Source: Flavobacterium sp. (GTDB lineage Bacteria; Bacteroidota; Bacteroidia; Flavobacteriales; Flavobacteriaceae). Taken from it: a stretch of DNA of 64,000 nt. Shown one piece after another: positions 37,349-47,281 of the stretch; the stretch's first letter is position 1, and the number at the start of each line of letters is the position of its first letter. Location of the stretch: the NCBI RefSeq assembly GCF_044361015.1, contig NZ_JBIKJL010000003.1:44037-108036 (forward strand), given 5' to 3'. The position numbers and the translations under genes were made by a program. The notes under the pieces were generated by a model that saw only the letters and a list, made by a program, of their open reading frames with translations, made no database searches and was not told the origin of the DNA.

Positions 37349-39241
37349 TTATACTATACTATATTTATTATTGGCTAATATTTTTATTTTTTTATCGTCT
37401 AAAAGTTCTTGTAAAGCAAAGATAAGCAGCTCTTCATTACAATGTAATGTTTTTAAAAGTTCTCTTGACGTTTGTGCTTTTTCAGAAAGTAATTCAATTA
37501 TTAAAATTACGAGTGGTTTAGTGTCTGAAGATTTGTTTTTTTTAGCAATACAATAGGAACAAATTCCACACTCAGTCGTTTTTTTTTCTCCAAAATATGC
37601 TAAAATTAAACGACTCTTGCAGGTTTCTGTATTTGTGACATAATTAACTACCTGTTTGAGTTGTTCTTTCTTCAAGTTATTTTGAGCTTCCAAGTATTTT
37701 ACTACTCTATTGATGGTTCTTTCGTCTTCTCTGACTTCATTAAAAGTAATTGTGGCATCGTTATTTTTGGCAATAAAGTCTACAATTCCTTTTTCTTTTA
37801 GTTTTTCTAAAATTTCTTCAATTTTGCTTTCTTCTTTATTACTTTTTTTTGCCACTAAAGATAGGTTTACGGCAGTCGGGATTTCATAGATGCCCGGATA
37901 TGTTCGTAAAAACAAAAGAATAATTTCTTCCTCCTGGGGATTTAAACTCATATAACGAATTACTTCTTTGCTTTCAATAATAAATTGTAAAGTAATTTTT
38001 TCTGAAAATTCTTGGGTGAAGGTTATAATTCCCTGACGGTCTAAAAATTGTAAAGCGGCGAAAGTTTTGAGCACTGGAAATTGATAAAGTGAACAAAAAT
38101 GATTTAAATTGAAGGCAAATTGCTCATCAATGCCTTCGCCGTAAGCAATTTGAAAATAATTGCATAATTTGATAAAGGAAAGTTTCAAAAAATCATTGTC
38201 CGGTAAATTAGCAATAAATTGAGCTTCAGCAATAGCCAAATCAGAGGGGGCAACAAGTAAAACAGCAAAAGATTTCTCGCCATTACGACCGGCTCTTCCG
38301 GCTTCCTGATAATAATTTTCAATATTTTCAGGGAGTTGATAATGAATGACTGTTTTAACATTCGCTTTATCAATTCCCATTCCGAATGCATTAGTGGCCA
38401 CCATCACTTGCACTTTCTCCTGCATCCACCAATCCATATTTTTCGTTTTATCTCTTCTTGGTAAGCCCCCGTGATAAAAAGCAGCTTTGATTCCCAGTTG
38501 TTGTAATTGATTCGAAATTTCATAACATGATTTTCGATTGCGAACATATATAATGGAAGATTCTGGATTTTTTTTTAGGATTTGTTCTATTTTAAATAGT
38601 TTATCTTCCGTTTCAACCACTAAATAGGCAATATTTTCCCGAGCAAAAGATTTTTGAAAAATGGCAGGATTTTCAAATTTTAACTGTTCAATAATATCTG
38701 TTTTAACTCTTTCTGTTGCAGAAGCTGTTAAAGCCAAAAAAGGAATAGACGGAAAAAAAGTTTTTAAAACACTAATTTTTAAATAGGAGGGGCGAAAATC
38801 GTGACCCCATTGCGAAACACAATGAGCTTCGTCAATGGCTATTAAATTTAGGGGAAGGTTTTTGATTTTTTCTAAAACCCAATCTTGTTGTAAGCGTTCG
38901 GGAGAGAGGTACAAAAACTTATAATTCCCATATAAGCAATTGTCTAAAAGGGTAATGACTTCGTCTGATGAAATTCCGCCGGTTAATGCCAATGCTTTGA
39001 TGTCGCGTTTCATCAAATTGTCTACCTGGTCTTTCATTAAAGCAATAAGCGGAGAAATAACCAGACAAATGCCATCCGTCATTAAAGCCGGAATTTGAAA
39101 ACAGATTGATTTTCCTCCACCGGTAGGCATTAAGCCTAGTGTATCTTTAGAGGATAATATGGATGTTATGATTTCTTTTTGGGGGGAACGAAACTCATCG
39201 TAACCCCAATATTTTTTTAAAATACTTTCTGCTTTTTGCAT
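37349..39241 (-). CDS. recQ: RecQ-family ATP-dependent DNA helicase
   Basis: Minus strand. MPTGGGKS, AIDEAHCVSQWGHDFRP, ALTAS, YYQEAGRAGR, Zn-binding C..CGICSYC. Confidence 0.92.
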   Translation of the reverse strand: MQKAESILKKYWGYDEFRSPQKEIITSILSSKDTLGLMPTGGGKSICFQIPALMTDGICLVISPLIALMKDQVDNLMKRDIKALALTGGISSDEVITLLDNCLYGNYKFLYLSPERLQQDWVLEKIKNLPLNLIAIDEAHCVSQWGHDFRPSYLKISVLKTFFPSIPFLALTASATERVKTDIIEQLKFENPAIFQKSFARENIAYLVVETEDKLFKIEQILKKNPESSIIYVRNRKSCYEISNQLQQLGIKAAFYHGGLPRRDKTKNMDWWMQEKVQVMVATNAFGMGIDKANVKTVIHYQLPENIENYYQEAGRAGRNGEKSFAVLLVAPSDLAIAEAQFIANLPDNDFLKLSFIKLCNYFQIAYGEGIDEQFAFNLNHFCSLYQFPVLKTFAALQFLDRQGIITFTQEFSEKITLQFIIESKEVIRYMSLNPQEEEIILLFLRTYPGIYEIPTAVNLSLVAKKSNKEESKIEEILEKLKEKGIVDFIAKNNDATITFNEVREDERTINRVVKYLEAQNNLKKEQLKQVVNYVTNTETCKSRLILAYFGEKKTTECGICSYCIAKKNKSSDTKPLVILIIELLSEKAQTSRELLKTLHCNEELLIFALQELLDDKKIKILANNKYSIV

Positions 39242-39244
39242 ACT

Positions 39245-39784
39245 TTATTTTGAAATTGCCTCTAAGATAAAAAGAATTCTGTTCTCTAAACGACCTTGAG
39301 GAACTTCTATGAGTTCGTAGCCATAATTTTCGTAGGTTTCTTTTAGGTGATTATAGATGAGTTTTGCTTGTTCAAAGTTTTCATACCGTTCTTCGTCGGA
39401 TTGATAAATTTCTTGCCAAGGTGGCAAAAGGAATACTTTTGTGTATTTATTTTGCCGACAATTTTCATCAAAAAAAGCAGGATAACTGTCGCCAATATAA
39501 TGCATGTAGGCCAGAATGTCAGGTATGCCCCGGTCTAAAAACAGTATAGAATTCGTATGTTTTTCAGCTTTTTGAAACTGTTTTTTTCTTCCTTCCAGTA
39601 GTAATTCACTAAACAGTAATGGCTTTTCCAAAAATAATTGTTCAATGCCTTGTTTTCTGGCTTCCGTAATAATTTCTCTTGATATTTCAGGAAAACACAT
39701 ATATCCTTTCTCGATTAAACCATCGATGATTGTTGTTTTTCCTGTTCCGGGACCACCGGTTATCACAATTATTTCTTTGCTCAC
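39245..39784 (-). CDS. NadR-like/AAA_28 P-loop ATPase
   Basis: Minus strand, GTG start. ITGGPGTGKTT, FLDRG.PD, Y..D.ER.E. Confidence 0.85.
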   Translation of the reverse strand: MSKEIIVITGGPGTGKTTIIDGLIEKGYMCFPEISREIITEARKQGIEQLFLEKPLLFSELLLEGRKKQFQKAEKHTNSILFLDRGIPDILAYMHYIGDSYPAFFDENCRQNKYTKVFLLPPWQEIYQSDEERYENFEQAKLIYNHLKETYENYGYELIEVPQGRLENRILFILEAISK

Positions 39785-40018
39785 AACACTAAATAAAGGG
39801 GTAAATTTAGATAAATAGTTAGTTTAAATAAAAACTTTCGTTCACTTTTAAGTTTGATTAAGTCGTTTATCATAGATTTGAACTTTTAAAAGTAAATTTT
39901 GTGGTCTAAATTTTCAAATAATAGTCTCTCTTTTATTAGTTCATAAAACTCAAAATTCAATTTCAAATTTCTCTAATCTAAAATCAAAACTGTATATTTG
40001 CCTATAATAAATTAGAAT

Positions 40019-40303
40019 ATGGATAAGAAGACGGAAGAATTTTATGAACGTTTAAAAGAAGAATTGCGAACTACTTCGGATTGGCCATCAATTTACCTTT
40101 ACAAATTCATTGTTCCTACCGATACTATTAAAATTTTAGCTATAGAAAATGCTTTTGATAACATGGGTGCGGTTATTAATACGCAACAATCTAAAACAGG
40201 TAAATTTACCAGTATCTCTATAAATGTTAGCATGTTAAGTCCTGAACATGTTGTAGAAAAATATATAGATGTTTCTTCTGTTGAAGGAATAATTTCGCTT
40301 TAA
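40019..40303 (+). CDS. DUF493 family protein
   Basis: WPSIYLYKFIVP, SKTGKFTSISI. Confidence 0.85.
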   Translation: MDKKTEEFYERLKEELRTTSDWPSIYLYKFIVPTDTIKILAIENAFDNMGAVINTQQSKTGKFTSISINVSMLSPEHVVEKYIDVSSVEGIISL

Positions 40304-40313
40304 AAAAAATCAA

Positions 40314-41018
40314 ATGACGCACAACGAAAAAGCACATGAAATAGTGCATGAATTAGAATACAATGCCGAAAGACCACATTTAATGATTCCGGAATACGGA
40401 CGTCATTTGCAAAAATTAATCAACCAAGCAACTCTAATTGAAGATACCGAAGAACGTAATAAGGCCGCTCGCTATATTATTAAAGTAATGGGAAGTTTGA
40501 ATCCGCATTTGCGAGATGTACTTGATTTTCAGCATAAACTTTGGGATCAACTTTTTATTATGTCTGATTTTAAACTGGTGGTCGATAGTCCGTATCCCAT
40601 ACCCACAAGAGATGTTATAAATTTAAAACCGGAACGATTAGAGTATCCTCAAAAAAATCCAAAATATCGTTTTTATGGTAACAATATCAAGTATATGATT
40701 GATGTTGCTAATAGTTGGGAAGATGGTGAATTAAAAAGTGCCTTAGTAAAAGTGATTGCAAATCATATGAAAAAATCCTATTTAAGTTGGAATAAAGACA
40801 CGGTTGATGATAAGGCTATTTTCAATCATTTGTATGAACTTTCCGGAGGTAGAATAGATTTACATCAAAGCACGGAAGAATTGTTGAACACTTCTGATTT
40901 AATGCGAACCAATAAAAAGGTGTCAAATAAAAATATGCCACCTATTCAGAAAAATTTATTGATTAAGAAAAATAAAAATATCAAACCAAAACCATTTAAA
41001 AACAATAATCAAAAGTAA
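40314..41018 (+). CDS. DUF4290 family protein
   Basis: LEYN.ER..L.IPEYGR..QK, KLWD.LFIMSDF.L.VDSPYP, located upstream of murA. Confidence 0.85.
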   Translation: MTHNEKAHEIVHELEYNAERPHLMIPEYGRHLQKLINQATLIEDTEERNKAARYIIKVMGSLNPHLRDVLDFQHKLWDQLFIMSDFKLVVDSPYPIPTRDVINLKPERLEYPQKNPKYRFYGNNIKYMIDVANSWEDGELKSALVKVIANHMKKSYLSWNKDTVDDKAIFNHLYELSGGRIDLHQSTEELLNTSDLMRTNKKVSNKNMPPIQKNLLIKKNKNIKPKPFKNNNQK

Positions 41019-41033
41019 TCACGGAATACGGAT

Positions 41034-42344
41034 ATGGGAACATTTAAGATAGAAGGCGGACACCGTCTTAAAGGGGAGATTCATCCTCAAGGAGCCAAAA
41101 ATGAGGCTTTACAAATTTTATGTACAGTATTGCTTACTTCGGAGAAAGTTACCATAAACAATATTCCTGATATTATTGATGTGAACAAGCTGATCACGCT
41201 GTTGGGTAATTTAGGTGTGAAAATGAAAAAAAATGGCCCGGGCTCTATCACTTTTCAAGCAGACGACGTCAATGTTAGCTATCTTGAAACCGAAGCTTTT
41301 AAAAAAGAAGGTGGTTCGTTACGTGGTTCCATTATGATTGTTGGACCTCTTTTAGCTCGATTCGGAAAAGGATATATTCCAAAACCGGGAGGCGATAAAA
41401 TTGGTCGTAGAAGATTAGATACCCACTTTGAAGGATTTATCAATTTAGGAGCCAAATTCAGATACAACCGCGAAGACCATTTTTATGGTGTTGAAAATAA
41501 AGGTAGATTGAAAGGAGCTTACATGCTTTTGGATGAAGCCTCTGTTACAGGTACTGCCAATATTGTAATGGCAGCCGTTTTAGCAGAAGGAACAACGACC
41601 ATTTATAATGCGGCTTGTGAACCTTATTTGCAACAGTTGTGTCGCATGTTAAACTCCATGGGTGCAAAAATCACTGGTGTTGGCTCTAACTTATTAACTA
41701 TTGAAGGGGTTGAAAAATTAGGTGGTTGTACCCATCGGATTTTACCGGATATGATTGAAATTGGTAGCTGGATTGGTTTAGCTGCTATGACTCGAAGTGA
41801 AATTACAATTAAGGATGTAAGTTGGGAAAATTTAGGTATGATTCCAAGTGTTTTCAGAAAATTAGGAATCACCATAGAAAGACGAGGTGACGATATTTTT
41901 ATACCGGAACATAAAGACGGTTACGAAATAAAAAAAGATATTGACGGTTCAATTCTAAATGTATCCGATGCCCCTTGGCCGGGATTTACTCCTGATTTAT
42001 TAAGTATTATTTTAGTCGTTGCCACGCAAGCGAATGGTGATGTTTTGATTCATCAAAAGATGTTTGAAAGCCGTTTGTTCTTCGTTGATAAATTAATTGA
42101 TATGGGAGCCAAAATTATTTTATGTGACCCACATCGAGCCGTGGTTATCGGACACAATTTCCAATCACAATTAAAAGCAACTGTCATGTCGTCTCCTGAT
42201 ATTCGTGCCGGTATTTCGTTATTGATTGCAGCACTTTCGGCAAAAGGAACCAGTACTATTCAAAATATAGAGCAAATTGATCGAGGTTACGAACGAATTG
42301 ACGAACGATTACGAGCGATTGGTGCGAATATTGTTCGAATGTAA
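41034..42344 (+). CDS. murA: UDP-N-acetylglucosamine 1-carboxyvinyltransferase
   Basis: GAKNEAL, PGGDKIGRR (Asp in place of the fosfomycin-target Cys), ASVTGT.N, PWPGFTPDL, SPDIRAG, IDRGYE. Confidence 0.97.
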   Translation: MGTFKIEGGHRLKGEIHPQGAKNEALQILCTVLLTSEKVTINNIPDIIDVNKLITLLGNLGVKMKKNGPGSITFQADDVNVSYLETEAFKKEGGSLRGSIMIVGPLLARFGKGYIPKPGGDKIGRRRLDTHFEGFINLGAKFRYNREDHFYGVENKGRLKGAYMLLDEASVTGTANIVMAAVLAEGTTTIYNAACEPYLQQLCRMLNSMGAKITGVGSNLLTIEGVEKLGGCTHRILPDMIEIGSWIGLAAMTRSEITIKDVSWENLGMIPSVFRKLGITIERRGDDIFIPEHKDGYEIKKDIDGSILNVSDAPWPGFTPDLLSIILVVATQANGDVLIHQKMFESRLFFVDKLIDMGAKIILCDPHRAVVIGHNFQSQLKATVMSSPDIRAGISLLIAALSAKGTSTIQNIEQIDRGYERIDERLRAIGANIVRM

Positions 42345-42364
42345 TTCAAAGAATTTTTTATAAT

Positions 42365-42389
42365 AAAACCCGACTGTTGGTCGGGTTTT
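42365..42389 (+). terminator. Terminator after murA
   Basis: AAAACCCGAC-tgttg-GTCGGGTTTT. Confidence 0.8.
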
Positions 42390-42461
42390 GTGTTTGTAAC
42401 TTCAACTATTGCACGCAGTTATTTTTTGAAAAATTTAATTTAGCTATGTGATTTATTTTTC

Positions 42462-42518
42462 TCTCGCAAAGTCGCAAAATTTTGACTGCTGTATTCGCGG
42501 CTTTGCAACTCTGCGAGA
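42462..42518. repeat. REP-like imperfect inverted repeat
   Basis: TCTCGCAAAGTCGCAAA-N23-TTTGCAACTCTGCGAGA, 15 of 17 positions complementary. Confidence 0.65.
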
Positions 42519-42551
42519 AAAGAATTAGAAAAAGCACTATAGGAAAAATAG

Positions 42552-45032
42552 TTAATTAATTATATTCAAAAATTTCAATCCAAAAATCACACCATCACCC
42601 ATGTAAGCACTTCCTTGGTATGATCTTACATAATCCACACGTAACATTCTGAATTTTCCAAAACCTAAATTATCTAAACCAACTGTAAATTCCTGATATG
42701 GTTTTACATCCGGTGTGGCTAAATGATGATAGCCTAATATCATGGTTGATTTCAGCTTGTTTAACAATGGAATTTTGTTCATGATAAATCCTTCAAAATT
42801 GTGTTCAACATGTGTTTCCATGTAGCTGTCATTAGTGCTAAAACCATAATACGGCATCAAATTAAATACGTTCAAATAACGGTCTGAGGTGCCTACATAG
42901 GTTTGGTTTCCGTTAAAATGTTTGTAGTCAACAAATGATATATCGTCTGCATTAAAAAATTGTCCGCCTTTCAAATTGATGGCAAAGCTACCTTTGTTTC
43001 CTAACGTTTTTTCATAAAACACGCGTCCGGCAACAAAATCATAGTTATAAATGGCTTCATTTCCCGCAAATCCTTTTTCGTAACCTACAAACAAAGACGG
43101 ATATTTATCGCTGCTCATATTAAATTTTCCATCGGGTCTACTCATATATTTTTGACCAAAATTAATTCGAGCATTGATGTTGGCTTTCATTAAATTGTGT
43201 TTTACAATTCCGCCACTCGAATAATCGTTCGGATCTAAAGGATTATTGGAAGTATAAATTTTATTGTCATTTGGAAAAAAAACTTGATTGGTAGTGTTGA
43301 ATAAGGGTTTTCGTTCACTGTATTCAAGTGAAACATACATGAATAGTCCATTGGTCACTTCCTGCTGATAACTTGCTTTTGCAAAATTCTTTTCATATAA
43401 CTTCATGAAATTTTCTTCAAAAAAGAGTGTTGCAACAGTGTTTATTAAGAGACTAATCGGTTCACTGGTATTAAATTGTTCGGCTTTGCTACCACCGGTA
43501 ATTGACAGGTTACTATTGGTTTTCGTGCTTAACCGAGTGTTGAAAAAGCCGGTAGTTCTGAATTTTTCTTCCGAAAAACCATAATTAAAATCAGCTCCAT
43601 AGGTTAAATATTTTCTGGTTTCTTCATTTCGTTTAATATATGAGATTCCTGTAGAAACATGCCAACCCTGAACGGTATTAAAGTGAATTAACTTAATGAT
43701 ACCTTCATAATTAAAATTCCAGTTTTCAAATGAATTTCTATAGCTGTAACCAGTTAAGATTTTTAAAATTTTAAATTTGTTATTTTTTGCATCAATGGAA
43801 TCTAAATAGGGTTTTGATTTCCGCAAGGTTTGAATACTGTCTTTTCGTAAGTAGTCATTATTTTCTTCATCTGTCAGCGGAACAGGCCTCATCATATTCC
43901 AATAAGTGGAATCCTTTTTATTAGCATTGTCTTCAAAACTCAAGATTTCTTTGGTGAACGTTTTCTTTTCAAATTGGTCTTTGAAGTCGTAATTACTGTA
44001 AACGTATGTAAATTTCCCATTGAATTTAATGCCAAAAGCACCCGCTTCAAATTCTAGGCTTTGGGAATTTTTTGCCCAAAGTTGATTGGTTTTATTGTAA
44101 CTGAAGTTTTGTTTTAAATTCATGACATCTAAAAACTCTTCTTTCATTCGATACCCTTTGATATCCACATCAACACCATAAATTGCCCAACTATCTTCTA
44201 CAATATATATAAAACCTTCAAAAACAGGGTCTACATCTCTTTTGGGAGTCACTTTAATTTTATTAATTAAATTATTATTATCATCATAAAAAGTTCCTTC
44301 CAAAGTGTATTTATAATAACTAAAAGCATTGTCGGCGATTGGCGAAATCAAATTAGTGCCTAGTTCAATGGTATTATCATAAAAATCATAAGATGTTGCT
44401 TGAGCCGTGTTGTAACTGAAACCATTGTTTTGACCGCTAATTTTAGACGCGATGATTCGTTCTTTTAATTGATCCGGCTTTTCAAAAGTAATTTTAGAAA
44501 CTGTTTCCGATAAATATAAAATTCCACTTCCGGTTGAATCTAAAGCTCCATCAAAATCGCCAATTTCCTGACCTAAGATTTTCTTGGGAGCATTTTTCAA
44601 TCTAAATATGCCTCGAGAATAGAAATCTGCCGTAAATCGGGCTGTTTTATCGGAGTTCTTTTTTCTGTTAGCAATTGCAGTTCGGATGATTGCATTTGCC
44701 GGATTGTCTTTTGAACTCAGGACGACTTCATTTAATTTATAATTTTCCTCTTTTAAAGTAACATTAAAAGTATAAGGCAATTTTTCAATAGCTAAAGTGT
44801 GTTTTTGAGTTTTATACCCTAAATATTGGAAAATAATTGTCACTTGTTCTTTGTTTTGAACGTTGAGTTCATATTGTCCTTTTTCATTTGAGGTAGTTCC
44901 AACATAGGTGTTCTCGACATAAATGTTTACAAAAGGTAGTGGTTTGTTGGCTTCATCGGTTATCGTTCCTTTTATCTGCGAAAAAGTAACAGAAGTAACA
45001 AATAAAAAAAGTAATGTAAAGATGTTTTTCAT
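42552..45032 (-). CDS. Outer-membrane protein with a CarboxypepD_reg-like N-terminal domain and DUF5686-like region
   Basis: Minus strand. Signal peptide, IKGTITDE...PLPFVNI...GTTSNEKGQY, KDSTYW..MRPVPLT..E, C-terminal RVDY. Confidence 0.8.
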   Translation of the reverse strand: MKNIFTLLFLFVTSVTFSQIKGTITDEANKPLPFVNIYVENTYVGTTSNEKGQYELNVQNKEQVTIIFQYLGYKTQKHTLAIEKLPYTFNVTLKEENYKLNEVVLSSKDNPANAIIRTAIANRKKNSDKTARFTADFYSRGIFRLKNAPKKILGQEIGDFDGALDSTGSGILYLSETVSKITFEKPDQLKERIIASKISGQNNGFSYNTAQATSYDFYDNTIELGTNLISPIADNAFSYYKYTLEGTFYDDNNNLINKIKVTPKRDVDPVFEGFIYIVEDSWAIYGVDVDIKGYRMKEEFLDVMNLKQNFSYNKTNQLWAKNSQSLEFEAGAFGIKFNGKFTYVYSNYDFKDQFEKKTFTKEILSFEDNANKKDSTYWNMMRPVPLTDEENNDYLRKDSIQTLRKSKPYLDSIDAKNNKFKILKILTGYSYRNSFENWNFNYEGIIKLIHFNTVQGWHVSTGISYIKRNEETRKYLTYGADFNYGFSEEKFRTTGFFNTRLSTKTNSNLSITGGSKAEQFNTSEPISLLINTVATLFFEENFMKLYEKNFAKASYQQEVTNGLFMYVSLEYSERKPLFNTTNQVFFPNDNKIYTSNNPLDPNDYSSGGIVKHNLMKANINARINFGQKYMSRPDGKFNMSSDKYPSLFVGYEKGFAGNEAIYNYDFVAGRVFYEKTLGNKGSFAINLKGGQFFNADDISFVDYKHFNGNQTYVGTSDRYLNVFNLMPYYGFSTNDSYMETHVEHNFEGFIMNKIPLLNKLKSTMILGYHHLATPDVKPYQEFTVGLDNLGFGKFRMLRVDYVRSYQGSAYMGDGVIFGLKFLNIIN

Positions 45033-45085
45033 AAAAGGAGGTTTTATAAAGAGACAATTTTATCAATGAAAAGGTTGTATGGATT

Positions 45086-45502
45086 TTATCTTAAAAACGA
45101 TTGGAGAGCTAAAACGTAACTCTGCAAGCCAAAACCAATGATAATCCCCTTAGCATTTGGAGAAATAAATGATTGGTGTCGGAATGCTTCTCTTGCAAAG
45201 GTGTTCGATATATGCACTTCAATAACGGGTGTGGCAATAGCTTTTACCGCATCGCCAATACCTATTGAAGTGTGCGTGTAAGCCGCGGCATTTAAAATGA
45301 TTCCGTCGTATGAAAATCCGACCTCCTGAATTTTATCAATCAATTCTCCTTCAATATTACTTTGAAAATAGGATAGCTCCATTTGTGGAAAATCATTTTT
45401 TAATTGATTAAAAAAAGAATCAAATGTTTCTGAACCATATACTTCAGGCTCTCTTTTTCCGAGTAAATTCAAATTGGGACCATTGATGATGATAATTTTC
45501 AT
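45086..45502 (-). CDS. aroQ: Type II 3-dehydroquinate dehydratase
   Basis: Minus strand. INGPNLNLLGKREPEVYG, QSNIEG, NAAAYTHTS, EVHISN..ARE.FR. Confidence 0.97.
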   Translation of the reverse strand: MKIIIINGPNLNLLGKREPEVYGSETFDSFFNQLKNDFPQMELSYFQSNIEGELIDKIQEVGFSYDGIILNAAAYTHTSIGIGDAVKAIATPVIEVHISNTFAREAFRHQSFISPNAKGIIIGFGLQSYVLALQSFLR

Positions 45503-45632
45503 ACTATAACAATTTAGGTAAAAATATCAAAAATTGATAGCTAAAAACTAAAGATTAAAAAGATTAGTTTAAAATTAACATTTTACTACAACTTAATCTA
45601 CTATTTTTAAAATTCTAATTAACAATCATTGT

Positions 45633-47273
45633 ATGAACAAAAGAATACTGTTTTTATTGTTGTTTTCATTTGCACTAACCTATGGCCAAAGTGATTACCT
45701 CAATTATGAAAGTCTTTCTAAAAAACTGAAGGAATTTGAATCAAAAAGTAAATTCTGTAAGGTTAAATCCATTGGAAAAAGTAGTGGCGGCAAGGATTTG
45801 TGGCTGGTGACACTTTCGGAATCTACAAAACCAAAACCAGCGTTACTAATTACTGCCGGAATTGATGGCAAACATCAGGTGGGAACACAAATGGCCGTTC
45901 AGTTAATTGACCAACTGCTTAAAAGTGAAAATCTATCAAAATTACTTTCTGAGAAAACACTTTATTTTGTTCCTTCCGTAAATCCGGATGCAATGGATGC
46001 TTTTTTTGGAAAATTAAAAATGGAAAAAAGCGGCAATGCCACAAAAACTGATGACGACCGCGATGGCCAAATTGGGGAAGATCCGTTTGAAGACATGAAT
46101 AATGACGGATTAATTACGCAAATTCGTATTGAGGATGTTTCCGGAACGTATATTGAAAGTCCGGATGATCCTCGATTGTTGGTTAAAGCAGATCCAACTA
46201 AAAATCAAATAGGAAAGTATCTTGTTTTATCCGAAGGATTTGACAACGATAAGGATGGAAATTTCAATGAAGATTTCTCCGAAGGCGTGAATATCGATAA
46301 AAATTTCACGTTTGATCACCCTGTTTTTGAAAAAGGCTCTGGTGTTTATGTCGCTTCAGAACCTGAAACCCGTGCACTTTTAGATTTTTTATATCTGAAT
46401 CAGAATATTTATGCTGTTTTTACTTTTGGAATGCATAACAACCTTTCGGAAGCTCCTAAGTATGATTCGAAAATGGCGAGTAGCAGAATCATTAAAAGTT
46501 GGTTAGAAAAAGATGTAAAAACTGGCGAGTTGGTTTCCTCTTTATACACTGAAAAAGCCAAAATAAAGGATGCTCCAAAGTCACCAATGACCAAAGGAAA
46601 TTTTGCTCAGACAGCTTATTATCATGCCGGAAGACTCAGTTTTTCAACGCCGGGTTGGTGGATTCCGAAAGAGGAGGTAAAAAAAGATTCCTCCCAAGTA
46701 AAGTTCGAAAAACCCAAAAAGGACTCTGTTGAACCAAATCAGGAATTAGCCTATTTAAATTGGGCAACCAAAGAAAATCTGACCAATGTGTTTGTAAATT
46801 GGACTCCTGTGAAACATCCCGACTTTCCTAATCAAAAAGCTGAAGTGGGCGGTTTTGTGCCTTATGCTTTAAACAATCCACCAGCTAAATATTTAGAGGA
46901 AAGCACTACGAAACATAAACTTTTTTTGGAAGAATTTTTAGCAGCCATGCCTAAAATTGAAACTACTACACCGGTTGTGGAAAAAGTTCAAAACGATTTA
47001 TATCGTGTGACAGTAAAGGTGGTCAACAAAGGCTTATTGCCAACGTACACGGAAATTGGCGATAAAATTCGTTTTGTATCGCGTATGAAAACGGAAGTGG
47101 TTCTAACTAAAAATCAGTCCATTGTATCCGGAAGAAAATACTTTTTAAGAAACGCCATGCAAGCCGGAGAATCTGAAGAATATTCATGGCTAATTTCCGG
47201 TTCGGGAAAAGTGACTATTCAAACAGGGTGTGCTACAACCGGAGTAAAAGAACTAATCGTTGAATTGAAATAA
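45633..47273 (+). CDS. Secreted M14 carboxypeptidase homologue with degenerate zinc and catalytic motifs (probable pseudopeptidase)
   Basis: M14-like layout (SIGKS..G..LW, KPALLI.AGI, NPD, SEPET.A), but DGKH replaces HxxE, G replaces the third Zn His and P replaces the catalytic Glu. Contains DxDxDG-rich inserts. Confidence 0.8.
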   Translation: MNKRILFLLLFSFALTYGQSDYLNYESLSKKLKEFESKSKFCKVKSIGKSSGGKDLWLVTLSESTKPKPALLITAGIDGKHQVGTQMAVQLIDQLLKSENLSKLLSEKTLYFVPSVNPDAMDAFFGKLKMEKSGNATKTDDDRDGQIGEDPFEDMNNDGLITQIRIEDVSGTYIESPDDPRLLVKADPTKNQIGKYLVLSEGFDNDKDGNFNEDFSEGVNIDKNFTFDHPVFEKGSGVYVASEPETRALLDFLYLNQNIYAVFTFGMHNNLSEAPKYDSKMASSRIIKSWLEKDVKTGELVSSLYTEKAKIKDAPKSPMTKGNFAQTAYYHAGRLSFSTPGWWIPKEEVKKDSSQVKFEKPKKDSVEPNQELAYLNWATKENLTNVFVNWTPVKHPDFPNQKAEVGGFVPYALNNPPAKYLEESTTKHKLFLEEFLAAMPKIETTTPVVEKVQNDLYRVTVKVVNKGLLPTYTEIGDKIRFVSRMKTEVVLTKNQSIVSGRKYFLRNAMQAGESEEYSWLISGSGKVTIQTGCATTGVKELIVELK

Positions 47274-47281
47274 GTAAAAAG

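Noticed and set aside
39800-40010. AT-rich intergenic region with AATCTAAAATCAAAA-like units
   Set aside because: It is low-complexity and too degenerate to support a repeat array or ncRNA call.
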